This document shows positions 55,461 through 64,000 of a stretch of DNA of 64,000 nucleotides, one piece after another. The position numbers and the translations under genes are program-made. The notes below the pieces were generated by a model. It saw nothing but the letters and a program-made list of their open reading frames with translations, was not told the origin of the DNA and ran no database searches. Source of the DNA: an uncultured Weeksellaceae bacterium (GTDB taxonomy: Bacteria > Bacteroidota > Bacteroidia > Flavobacteriales_D > CAYVSK01); NCBI GenBank assembly GCA_964537825.1, contig CAZIDL010000002.1:48628-112627 (forward strand). The letters run 5' to 3'. Within the stretch, counting starts at the first letter, position 1, and each line of letters starts with the position of its first letter.

Positions 55461-57587
55461 TCACATCTGCACCGCGGGCACCAGTTCTTTGAGATAGGTG
55501 CGCTCTCCCTCCATGAAAGCGATCACAAAGGCATCCAACTGCCCAGCATCGATCACTTTATCGAGGAATCGATCGGCTTCATTAAGCGTTTTGAAACTCT
55601 TTTTTACGTAAAAGCGGGTTATACCATCCTCGTAATCCCTGCTGATCACCTTTCCCAGGTCGGTCAGGTGCGAATAATCGTAGTTCTCCGGATGGCGATA
55701 TGCTGCCACCTGCACCTTGAATTCGAGCCCTTCAGCTTCCATGTCACCGTATTGCTCAACGATCTCTTCATATTCCATATCAACGGCGGACGAGGTATCG
55801 ACCTCTCCTACTTTCCGGTTCTCGATCTTCAGGACCACCTTTTTCTTACCCGTATCCGTTTTGGCCGTATCTTCCGCTTTCACCTCCAGGTCCTTTAATG
55901 AATCCGGGCGGCATTCTGGGGTGTAAAAATCGATCCGGTCCTCGATCTGGACGAAGGAATCGATCTGAATGGCGTTCACGTTCTTCGTTATCGGATCCAA
56001 TCCTTTGTCCTCTAGTTTGAAGCGGATGTTGTAACTCTTTCCGGAAGGAAGGTTCAGCAGGAATTTTCCGCTCTCGGAATTGGATGTGTAATAAGCAAGC
56101 TCCGTCTCATCGTGCTCTTGAAGGACTTTGATGTTCGCCTCCACTGGCTCATCACAGAAGTTGACCTTCCCTTTGTAGAGCACGAGGGAAGGATTGTCAT
56201 GAATATAACCGGGCTCTACAACATAAATATCCTGCCTCCCATATCCTCCCGGCTTTCCGGATGAATAATATCCGCGCTTTCCATCCGCCGATATCACGTA
56301 GTAGATGTCCGCATTCGGCGTGTTCACAGGGGCACCTAGATTGACCGGCTCGGACCATTCCCCATTTTTAAGGTCGGTCCGGAAGATATCGTAACTGCCC
56401 ATCGAATTGTGCCCTTTGGAACTGAAGAACAAAGCGGTGTTCTCAGGATGGATAAAAGGCGCATCATCATCCTTTTCCGTATTGATCCGTGGGCCCATGT
56501 TCTGAATATTCCCCCAGGTACTGTCCTCCATCAATTCCGCCGTGTAAAGGTCCTTGCCTCCGAAACCGCCCTCGCGCGTACTCGAAAAGTAAAGGGTCTG
56601 ACCATCGGAGGACATCGAAACGCTCCCCTCCCATGAATCATCCTTGTTCACCTCACCCGGCAGCTTTTCAGCCTTGCTCCATTTTTTTCCTTCTCGCGTG
56701 CTCACGTAGATATCTCCACTGGACTTCGGGTTGTTGTGATACACGAAGAGTTGCTGGCCGCTCGGGGACAAGGCGATGTTCGCATCGTGCCCGGGACCGT
56801 TCAGTGTATCGACCGGTTTCGGAGGTAGCCATTCGCCGTCCGCTCCTTTCCGCGACATATGAATGTCTTCATAATAAACGCCGTAAGGAGCTTTTTCCCC
56901 GTCCCAGTTCTGCCGTCCTCCGACCGATCGCTTTCCCCGATAGGTGAAGAGCATAATGGATTCGTCGGAGGAGATCACAGGGACATATTCGGAAGCTTCG
57001 CTATTGATCGTATTTCCCACATTCCGGATCGAAACGTCCCTCTGGTCTTCATTGAAGCGCTTCGCATGCTTCAGATGCTTACGGAGTTGAACGACCTTCT
57101 CTTGCCAACCCCCCTCAAGATCCTCTTTGCCTTTCAGGCTATCGAGCAATTTTGAAGCAGCATCGAACTGATAGCCCTGATGATAAGCCTCAGCCAGTGA
57201 AACGTTCACTTCGAGCATTTTCGGCCGCCTCTTTTTGACCTTGGAAAGCAGTTCGATGGCCTTTTCGAAATTCCCATCCGTCTTCAGATTAGCGATCCCG
57301 CATTTGTAGAGGAGGTAAAGATTATCGGGATGATCCTCCAGAAGGGAACTGTAGATCGGGATCGCCTGGAGAAAGGCCGCGTTCGATCCGGACACGGAAT
57401 TCCCCCATTCCACCAACCGGTCCGCGACGTCCAGGGAATCGAGCTCTTGGTTCGAGAATTCATCCACATTAAGGCTGATCCCTCTTCCTTGTTGGCCATA
57501 AAGGGGATCGACCCCTGATGAAGCTAACAGAAGGACCCCGAGGAGAAAGGGGCGGACAAGTTGAGCAAGAAGCATATACGTTCTCAT
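55461..57587 (-). CDS. Exported TPR + TolB-like (PD40) beta-propeller protein with SPOR-like C-terminal domain
   Basis: The product has a signal peptide and an N-terminal TPR-like region. PD40-type repeats follow (..EYVPVISSDESIMLFT.., ..ALSPSGQQLFVY.., ..SMSSDGQTLYFSS.., ..DDAPFIHPENTALFFSS..). The C-terminus EFKVQVAAYRHPENYD..RFYV is SPOR-like. Confidence 0.72.
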   Translation of the reverse strand: MRTYMLLAQLVRPFLLGVLLLASSGVDPLYGQQGRGISLNVDEFSNQELDSLDVADRLVEWGNSVSGSNAAFLQAIPIYSSLLEDHPDNLYLLYKCGIANLKTDGNFEKAIELLSKVKKRRPKMLEVNVSLAEAYHQGYQFDAASKLLDSLKGKEDLEGGWQEKVVQLRKHLKHAKRFNEDQRDVSIRNVGNTINSEASEYVPVISSDESIMLFTYRGKRSVGGRQNWDGEKAPYGVYYEDIHMSRKGADGEWLPPKPVDTLNGPGHDANIALSPSGQQLFVYHNNPKSSGDIYVSTREGKKWSKAEKLPGEVNKDDSWEGSVSMSSDGQTLYFSSTREGGFGGKDLYTAELMEDSTWGNIQNMGPRINTEKDDDAPFIHPENTALFFSSKGHNSMGSYDIFRTDLKNGEWSEPVNLGAPVNTPNADIYYVISADGKRGYYSSGKPGGYGRQDIYVVEPGYIHDNPSLVLYKGKVNFCDEPVEANIKVLQEHDETELAYYTSNSESGKFLLNLPSGKSYNIRFKLEDKGLDPITKNVNAIQIDSFVQIEDRIDFYTPECRPDSLKDLEVKAEDTAKTDTGKKKVVLKIENRKVGEVDTSSAVDMEYEEIVEQYGDMEAEGLEFKVQVAAYRHPENYDYSHLTDLGKVISRDYEDGITRFYVKKSFKTLNEADRFLDKVIDAGQLDAFVIAFMEGERTYLKELVPAVQM

Positions 57588-57716
57588 CGAAAGCTAATCT
57601 ATAAAAAGATGCTGATCCGAACTGCCCTTCATACGGAGAATCGCTATAAAGGTTCGATCCGGTCCCTGAACATCAAGGTCTCTGCGAGTTCGTAAATTAG
57701 GCGGAAAGCTTCGAAA

Positions 57717-58973
57717 ATGGCGAGCATCGGCTCCTTCAGAGCTTACCGACCTCCAGCGGGACGAGCAGCAGATGTGATCACCCGTACGGCTGACACCTAT
57801 TCGCTCCAGGAACGGAGAAGGATCCTTCGGGAGAATCCTGATTCCTTTCTCCACGTGATCTTTCCGGAAGCCGGGAATAAAAAGAAACGGACGAAGCCCA
57901 ATACGAAAGCCCGTTTCCTGAAAGTACGGGAACGTTTTGAGGAATTCCACCAACAAGGGATCTTCTTAAGGGAAGAAGAACCGGCCCTTTACCTCTACGA
58001 GTTACGAAGTAGGAACAGCTGTTTTATCGGATTCATCGGAACCGCATCCGTCCGCGATCAGGAGAACGGCGTGATCCGTAAACACGAACAGACCCTTGAA
58101 AAACGCGAAGAACTCCTCAAGGAATACCTGAAGGTCTGTGACATCAATGCGGACCCGGTCCTTTTGTGTTATCAGGACGATCAGGACCTGCGGGAGCTCA
58201 TGGATGAGGTCCGAACGACACCCCCTACCTATGACCTCCTAACTGAGGATGATGGCCGCCAACACCGTCTATGGCCGATCCTCAATAAGGATCGTATCCG
58301 CAAGGTCCAAAAGCAATTCGAACGAATGCCCGCCCTTTACATCGCCGATGGCCATCACCGTTCAGCTTCTTCCCTCCGCCTTGCAGAGGAACTAAGGACT
58401 CGATCCCCACAAGGTGAGGAAGCGGGATACGAACGGTTCATGGCCTATTTCATACCGGAAAGCCAACTTCAGGTCCACGGATACCATCGATGCCTGAGCG
58501 ATCTCAATGGCTATACGGTACAAGGCTTTCTTGAAGCGCTTCAGAAAGCATTCACCCTTATCCCGAGCGATTCACCTGTAGAGCCCGAAAGCCTGCACGA
58601 GTTCGGCCTTTACATCGATGGGGCCTGGTACAGGCTCCATCCCGACCCTAGTGGTTTCGACCATAAGGACCCTATCGGTTCATTGGACGCCTCCATCCTC
58701 TACCATAAGGTGCTCCTCCCCTTGCTGAACGTGAAAGATCCACGCAATAGCCAAAGGGTCCATTTCCATGGTGCACCGAAAGGGCTGGCTCCCCTTAAAA
58801 AGGATGTGGACCAAGGCAAGTTCCGCTTGGCCTTTACCCTGGCACCGGTCCCCATCGAGCAACTCAAGGAAGTCGCGGACCAGGGGCTGGTGATGCCCCC
58901 CAAAACGACCTGGAGCGAACCCAAGCTGCGGAGCGGATTGCTGGTGTACCGAATGGGGCTGCATGGATCGTAA
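57717..58973 (+). CDS. DUF1015-family protein
   Basis: FRAYRP at the N-terminus, IADGHHRSASS, and a length of 418 aa match my recollection of DUF1015. Confidence 0.85.
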   Translation: MASIGSFRAYRPPAGRAADVITRTADTYSLQERRRILRENPDSFLHVIFPEAGNKKKRTKPNTKARFLKVRERFEEFHQQGIFLREEEPALYLYELRSRNSCFIGFIGTASVRDQENGVIRKHEQTLEKREELLKEYLKVCDINADPVLLCYQDDQDLRELMDEVRTTPPTYDLLTEDDGRQHRLWPILNKDRIRKVQKQFERMPALYIADGHHRSASSLRLAEELRTRSPQGEEAGYERFMAYFIPESQLQVHGYHRCLSDLNGYTVQGFLEALQKAFTLIPSDSPVEPESLHEFGLYIDGAWYRLHPDPSGFDHKDPIGSLDASILYHKVLLPLLNVKDPRNSQRVHFHGAPKGLAPLKKDVDQGKFRLAFTLAPVPIEQLKEVADQGLVMPPKTTWSEPKLRSGLLVYRMGLHGS

Positions 58974-59020
58974 GGGAATTGCCCGAGGATCCGGATATTC
59001 GCGTTCCATTTCAGGACGTC

Positions 59021-59701
59021 ATGAAAGCGGTAGAACTCCACGAACGGATAAATAACTTTTTGAAGGAGATCCCTGAAGGGGTCGATCTGGTCGCAGTATC
59101 AAAGGTCCACCCAGTGGAACGGATCCGCGAGGCGTACGATGAAGGATTGCGGGACTTTGGGGAGAACAAGGCGCAGGAAATGAACGAGAAGCAGAGAGAA
59201 TTGCCTCAGGATATCCGATGGCACTTCGTCGGCCACCTTCAACGAAATAAGGTAAAACTGATCGCTCCTTTCGTTCACCTGATCCATTCAGTGGACAGCA
59301 TTCGCCTCCTCAGTGAGATCGAAAAACGGGCCGCTTCGGAGAAGAGGGTCATCGACTGCCTCTTTCAGGTCCACATCGCGAGCGAGGATTCAAAATACGG
59401 GCTCAACTACGAACAAGCGCGCACGCTCCTTCACCCCGATCGCTTGCGCGAAGAGTTCGACCATATACGGATCCGGGGAGTGATGGGAATGGCAACCCTG
59501 ACCGACGATGAAGAACAGGTAAGAAAAGAGTTCAAGGGACTCAAGGAATTCTTCGATCGGATGAAGGCCACTCACTGCAAAGACCGCCCCCATTTCGATA
59601 CCCTTTCCATGGGGATGACCCATGATCATAAGATAGCGGTGGAGGAAGGAAGCACGATGCTGCGCATCGGAAGTGCCATCTTTGGACCTCGCCCCCAATA
59701 A
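59021..59701 (+). CDS. yggS: YggS-family pyridoxal-phosphate homeostasis protein
   Basis: LVAVSKVHPVERIREAYDEGLRDFGENKAQE contains the PLP Lys. HFVGHLQRNK and SMGMTHD are also present. I prefer the ATG at 59021 over the TTG at 58979. Confidence 0.9.
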   Translation: MKAVELHERINNFLKEIPEGVDLVAVSKVHPVERIREAYDEGLRDFGENKAQEMNEKQRELPQDIRWHFVGHLQRNKVKLIAPFVHLIHSVDSIRLLSEIEKRAASEKRVIDCLFQVHIASEDSKYGLNYEQARTLLHPDRLREEFDHIRIRGVMGMATLTDDEEQVRKEFKGLKEFFDRMKATHCKDRPHFDTLSMGMTHDHKIAVEEGSTMLRIGSAIFGPRPQ

Positions 59702-59711
59702 AGGAAGCAAT

Positions 59712-60272
59712 ATGTGCGAAGAAGGCAACGAGAACAAGGAAGAGGCAGAGAAAAAACAGCTCCAACGGATCAAGAAGATCCGGAATGGACTGGCCTCGAC
59801 CGAAGAGAAGGAAGTCCTGAAGGCCATCGAAGAGGCCCGGGAAGAAGGCGATGCCCGTATCGTTCCCGATCTGATCGAAGTATGGGCCGTAACGGAAAAC
59901 GAAGAGATCCGCAACAACATCCTCCGGATCTTCAACGACCTCAAGGACAGCAACGCTACGGAGCACCTCATCGAAGCCCTCGATCATCCGGACATTAAGG
60001 ACCGAAGCGACCTCCTGGCGGTCTTTTGGAACTCCCGACTCGATGGGAGTGAAAAGATCGATAAATTCACGGAGATCGCTGTGGAAGGATCCTATCAGGA
60101 AGCCTTCGAAGCTTTGACCGCGATCGAAGAGATGGAAGGGCCTTTTGAGGAGAACCGCGTAATGGAGGGCCAACTTTGGATCAAAACCTACTACGCACAG
60201 GGTGAGGATGAAAAACGTCCCATCATCGAAGCGATCGATCAGCAGCTCCGCAAACTTCAGGAGGAGCTCTAA
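59712..60272 (+). CDS. Acidic HEAT-repeat-like protein, function unknown
   Basis: 186 aa from the internal ATG. HEAT-like segments are visible (VLKAIEEAREEGDARIVPDLIEVW and ATEHLIEALDHPDIKDRSDLLAVF). Confidence 0.55.
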   Translation: MCEEGNENKEEAEKKQLQRIKKIRNGLASTEEKEVLKAIEEAREEGDARIVPDLIEVWAVTENEEIRNNILRIFNDLKDSNATEHLIEALDHPDIKDRSDLLAVFWNSRLDGSEKIDKFTEIAVEGSYQEAFEALTAIEEMEGPFEENRVMEGQLWIKTYYAQGEDEKRPIIEAIDQQLRKLQEEL

Positions 60273-60287
60273 AGGGGGCTGGCTTTC

Positions 60288-63200
60288 ATGAACAAGAAGG
60301 GGGAAAAAGAAGGAGGGCGCTTGCTCGTCTACCGTTCCTCTGCAGGTTCGGGAAAGACGAGCATCCTCGTTTCAACCTTCCTGGAACAGGTCCTTGCTAG
60401 TCCGGATGAGACCCGCTATGGACGGATCCTGGCCATCACGTTCACCAACAAGGCGGCCAAGGAAATGAAAGAACGGGTCCTTGAGGAGCTAAGTAGGCTC
60501 GCAGAGGGGAAGGAGGCTCCATCACCTCCCACGGCCGCGGTCATCAGAAGGCTTGGCCTCGATGCCGCAACCGTGCGGGAGCGTGCTTCTAAAAGCCTCA
60601 CTCATCTTCTTCATCACTATTCCCGGCTTTCCATATCAACGATCGATCGCTTCGTTCACCGGATCGTTCAGCAATTCGCCCGGGAGTTGAGCCTTCCAGT
60701 GGATTTTGAACTAGTGACCGATGAGGAGGAGGTCCTGCAGCGAGCAGTGGACCTCCTGATCGCCAAGGCTGGTGATCAAAACCGATCTCTTACGACCGCT
60801 TTAACAGGCTTTGCGATCGCCAAAGCGAGCGATGACAAAAGCTGGCACATCGAGCGGGATCTCCTCGATGCATCCTGGACCCTTTTGGACGAAGAAAGCT
60901 ACGAACACTGGAGAACGCTCAAGGAAATGGATCCCGACCGGATCCTCGAAGTCCGGCGAACGCTCGGAGAAAAGCGCAAGAACTTCGAATCCCGCCTCCG
61001 ATCGATCGCCGAGCGCGGACTTTCTATGATCGAAGAGCAAGGGATCCACCCGAAGCATTTCCACTACGGCGAACAAGGCGGGGTCCCTTCTTTTTTCCGG
61101 AAACTGAAGCGCCTCGACCCCGTCGACCTCGCTCCCTCCGACCGGTTGTTGAACGCTATCGAAAAGGAAAAATGGGTGTCCGGTAAGTGCCCAAAGGATG
61201 AAGCGGAGCGCATTCATGCTATATCCGGAGAATTGAAGGCCCTCATCCAGGAGGCACAGGAAGCGGTCCACAGAGAAGGCTCCCTTCACCTTTTCCGTTG
61301 CCTCGTTCAAGGTGAACTCTACCGCCTTTCGCTCCTCAGCGGCATCGAAGAAGGACTGGAACGGATCGAAGAAGAGGAGGGCATCCTCCTCATTTCGGAG
61401 CTGGACCGGATCATCGCCAAAGTGATCCTCCAGGAACCTGCTCCTTTCATCTACGAGCGGATCGGGGACCGCTACGACGACATCCTGTTCGACGAATTCC
61501 AGGATACCTCGATCCTCCAGTGGCAGAACCTCCTTCCCCTCGTCGAGAATTCCCTCGCTGAAGGGAACACGGTCATGCTCGTCGGGGATGGGAAACAGGC
61601 CATCTATCGGTGGCGGAACGGGGATGTGGAACAGTTCCTCAAGCTTCCCCAGATCCATAAGAGCGGGGAAGAAAGCGAACTCATCCAGGAAAAGGAGCAG
61701 CTCTTCCGCAGTAGTTATCAGGAGGAGCAACTGGAGCACAACTTCCGTTCGGCACCCGTTCTCGTAAAAACCAACAACGAGCTCTTTCCTGAACTCAACC
61801 GCCTCCTGATGGAAGGCTGCGAGCAAGTAGGAATGCCTCACCTGAAGGAGCTTTTCGATGGGCAGGGCCAAAAAGTGGGGCGGGAAGAAGGAGGCGGTTA
61901 CGTTCGTTTCGAACGAACAGCTTCTCAGACTGAAGCGGAAAAGCAGACGGACGGGGACCGGATCATCGAACGATGCATCAGTATCGTTCGCGAAACCCTC
62001 CAACGGGCCGCCCCATCCGAGATCGCGATCCTAACGCGGACCAATGCAAAGGGTGCCGCTATAGCTGCTGCCCTCATGGAAGAAGGGATCGATGTCCTCT
62101 CCGGGGAAAGCCTTCACCTCGACCAAAGCCGGGAGGTCGCTTTCATCATCAAGCTCATGCGTACGGTCGAGGATCCTTTCGACGAAATATCCAAATTGGA
62201 ATGCGTCAGGTCCTTCCTGGAACGAAAAGGGCTAGAGAACGAACTCCATCCCCGGCTCCTCCCCTATTGGTCCACGGATGAGAACGGGAAAGAGGGAGCG
62301 ATCGATCTGGAAGCTTTCTTCGAAGCCTACGGAACACCCTTCGATCTTAAAGCAGCTCGACGCCTTTCTCTCTACCGATCCGGAGAGGCCATCGTGCGTT
62401 CCTTTGGGTTGGACGATCCGCCGAGCCCTTACCTGCAATTCTTCCTCGACCATCTCTTCGACCGTTCCGATAAATTCGGAAATGACCTGCAGGGCTTCCT
62501 GGAGGAATGGGACGGGATGCGTAACAAACCCTCCATCAAGGTCCCCGAAGACCTGGAAGCGGTGCGCGTGATGACCATCCACGCTTCCAAGGGACTCGAA
62601 TTCCCCTACCTGATCCTCCCCGAACCCGAGGATCGTATCAAAATGAGCAAGGACCGCCTTTGGATCGATCCGAACGGTTATATCCCGGAGCTTCCGGTTG
62701 CTTTGGTACCCACGGGAAAACGGCTTCAGAAGGCACCGGAACCTTATGCGCTCGAAGAGGCCAGGGAACGCTATCGTTCAAGGCTCGATTCATTGAACCT
62801 CCTCTATGTGGCCATGACCCGTGCACGGGAAGCCCTCTACATCCTCATGAGCGAACCCCCGGATGATAGCTCCCCGCAGGACCGTATGGACAAAGCACTG
62901 ATCCTTACGCTCCAGTCCCTGTACGGAAACTTTGAGGAAGCTCTGGAATTCGGACAGCTCCCCGAAGAAAAGCCATCCGAGACCACGGAGAGGAGCGAAG
63001 GGGCTCTGAAAATTGTCCACCACGAAGCTTGGGACCAGCACGTTAGGATCCGGTTTCAAGCTCCGGAGGAATGGGACCTCAAGGATCCCGAGGGCGCAAG
63101 GGCTTTTGGAGAGCTCGCCCACGAAGCACTTGCACGCATTGCGAAGAAGGACCAACTTTCCCGGATCCTGGATGAGATGGTGAACGAAGGGCAACTCTCG

Positions 63201-63545
63201 AAAAAGGGACAAGAAGAATTGAACGGAATGCTCAAGAGGATCATGGAGCTCGAAGAAGCAGCTCCTTTCTTCGACCCCTTGCCCCATCAAAAGATCCTTA
63301 ACGAACGGGATATCCTTACGGCCGATGGGCATTTCATAAGGCCCGACAGGGTCTTGCTCGAAGGCGACGAAGCACGTGTCCTGGAGATCAAAACGGGGGA
63401 ACCGGACCGCTCCCACCATAAGCAACTGGAGCGCTATAAGCAAGCGCTGACCTCCATGGGATACCGTTGCGAAGGGCTGCTCCTCTATACGCAAGGCCCG
63501 ACTTTCGAGAAGCTGAAAGAAGCGGACCCCGGCCTCCAGAACTGA
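60288..63545 (+). CDS. AddA-like UvrD-family helicase fused to a PD-(D/E)XK nuclease domain
   Basis: Walker A SSAGSGKTS, motif II LFDEFQDTS and the later helicase motifs (IHASKGLEF, LYVAMTRARE) are present. The C-terminal RecB-type nuclease reads GELAHEAL..IRPDRVLL..VLEIKTG..QLERY. Length is 1085 aa. Confidence 0.9.
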   Translation: MNKKGEKEGGRLLVYRSSAGSGKTSILVSTFLEQVLASPDETRYGRILAITFTNKAAKEMKERVLEELSRLAEGKEAPSPPTAAVIRRLGLDAATVRERASKSLTHLLHHYSRLSISTIDRFVHRIVQQFARELSLPVDFELVTDEEEVLQRAVDLLIAKAGDQNRSLTTALTGFAIAKASDDKSWHIERDLLDASWTLLDEESYEHWRTLKEMDPDRILEVRRTLGEKRKNFESRLRSIAERGLSMIEEQGIHPKHFHYGEQGGVPSFFRKLKRLDPVDLAPSDRLLNAIEKEKWVSGKCPKDEAERIHAISGELKALIQEAQEAVHREGSLHLFRCLVQGELYRLSLLSGIEEGLERIEEEEGILLISELDRIIAKVILQEPAPFIYERIGDRYDDILFDEFQDTSILQWQNLLPLVENSLAEGNTVMLVGDGKQAIYRWRNGDVEQFLKLPQIHKSGEESELIQEKEQLFRSSYQEEQLEHNFRSAPVLVKTNNELFPELNRLLMEGCEQVGMPHLKELFDGQGQKVGREEGGGYVRFERTASQTEAEKQTDGDRIIERCISIVRETLQRAAPSEIAILTRTNAKGAAIAAALMEEGIDVLSGESLHLDQSREVAFIIKLMRTVEDPFDEISKLECVRSFLERKGLENELHPRLLPYWSTDENGKEGAIDLEAFFEAYGTPFDLKAARRLSLYRSGEAIVRSFGLDDPPSPYLQFFLDHLFDRSDKFGNDLQGFLEEWDGMRNKPSIKVPEDLEAVRVMTIHASKGLEFPYLILPEPEDRIKMSKDRLWIDPNGYIPELPVALVPTGKRLQKAPEPYALEEARERYRSRLDSLNLLYVAMTRAREALYILMSEPPDDSSPQDRMDKALILTLQSLYGNFEEALEFGQLPEEKPSETTERSEGALKIVHHEAWDQHVRIRFQAPEEWDLKDPEGARAFGELAHEALARIAKKDQLSRILDEMVNEGQLSKKGQEELNGMLKRIMELEEAAPFFDPLPHQKILNERDILTADGHFIRPDRVLLEGDEARVLEIKTGEPDRSHHKQLERYKQALTSMGYRCEGLLLYTQGPTFEKLKEADPGLQN

Positions 63546-63583
63546 TCCCCCTGAAGACGCTTGGACCCTTACCGCTTCCGATC

Positions 63584-63614
63584 GGCCTTAGTCCCCAAGG
63601 ATGCGGAGAAGGCC
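63584..63614 (+). terminator. Possible stem-loop after the helicase-nuclease gene
   Basis: GGCCTT (63584-63589) pairs with AAGGCC (63609-63614), followed by TTTAAC. The stem is only 6 bp, the loop is long (19 nt) and the U-tract is weak. Confidence 0.25.
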
Positions 63615-63690
63615 TTTAACACAGGGATCCTTCCGGTACCAGGACGGTCTTCATTGGATCAACGAGAAGGTGTGAGCGTCGCGCGTCCGT

Positions 63691-64000
63691 TCAGAGGAGC
63701 TCTTTCAAAATGTCCTCCACTTCATACCCATCGGCCGCTGCTTTGTAATTACGGACAACCCGATGGCGTAGGATCGGAATGGCCACCGCCTGTACGTCCT
63801 CTTCATCCGGGGAATATTTTCCACGCAGGGCGGCATGGCACTTCGCTCCGATCACCAGGAATTGGGAGGCACGAGGGCCAGCTCCCCAGGAAAGGTACTG
63901 ATCCACGATCTCGGGGGCCCGTTCCGTATTGGGTCGCGTGGATGCTGCGATCCCTACGCAATATTCGAGGACATGATCCGAGATCGGAAGGCGTCGGATC
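63691..64000 (-). CDS. MoxR-family AAA+ ATPase, C-terminal part; 5' end lies beyond the window
   Basis: My reverse-strand translation stays open to the window edge. It reads ..RRLPISDHVLEYCVGIAASTRPN..VDQYLSWGAGPRASQFLVIGAKCHAALRGKYSPDEEDVQAVAIPILRHRVVRNYKAAADGYEVEDILKELL*, a typical MoxR C-terminal lid. Confidence 0.8.
   Translation of the reverse strand, partial: IRRLPISDHVLEYCVGIAASTRPNTERAPEIVDQYLSWGAGPRASQFLVIGAKCHAALRGKYSPDEEDVQAVAIPILRHRVVRNYKAAADGYEVEDILKELL

Noticed and set aside
60801-62003. 400-aa minus-strand ORF inside the helicase-nuclease gene
   Set aside because: It is codon-aligned antisense to a gene with unambiguous UvrD helicase motifs, so it stays open only because the sense strand lacks TTA, CTA and TCA codons over this stretch. 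It has no motifs, promoter box or independent support.

Overview
This 64-kb window looks like a compact chromosomal core region (roughly 90% coding, about 52% GC by eye), most likely from a member of the Bacteroidota. Three things support that phylum: two proteins carry T9SS C-terminal sorting domains, TAnnTTTG '-7' promoter boxes sit upstream of many genes, and the gene families are typical (BatA_N, TIGR02757, DUF4139 and similar). I call 58 protein-coding genes, two of them truncated by the window edges. Most are housekeeping: pyrR-pyrB, rnz, uvrB, ispH, corA, miaA, surE, lpxB, parE, ychF, accC, sucC, lolD, dapA, ligA, prmC, ribD, yigZ, yggS and an AddA-like helicase-nuclease. I saw no rRNA, tRNA, CRISPR array, IS element, prophage or recognisable defence island. 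Eight gene pairs are joined by 4-nt start/stop overlaps (ATGA, GTGA or TTGA). I do not see a clear self-contained novel 'system'. The observations most worth a second look are listed below.
- Perfect TAnnTTTG boxes lie only 5-8 nt upstream of seven start codons, which implies leaderless mRNAs, including pyrR and ribD.
- GATC is roughly 3-4-fold over-represented, judged by eye.
- A response regulator, a lipoprotein and a histidine kinase with no extracytoplasmic sensor domain form one module.
- A dihydroorotase-like gene with degenerate catalytic residues is translationally coupled into a cluster of vWA membrane protein, DHOase-like protein, NUDIX hydrolase and phosphoesterase.
- uvrB is translationally coupled to a small lipoprotein and a T9SS-secreted trypsin-like protease.
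- A 70-nt imperfect hairpin lies in the unusually long prmC-ligA spacer.
All family assignments come from reading motifs by eye. None has been checked by a database search.
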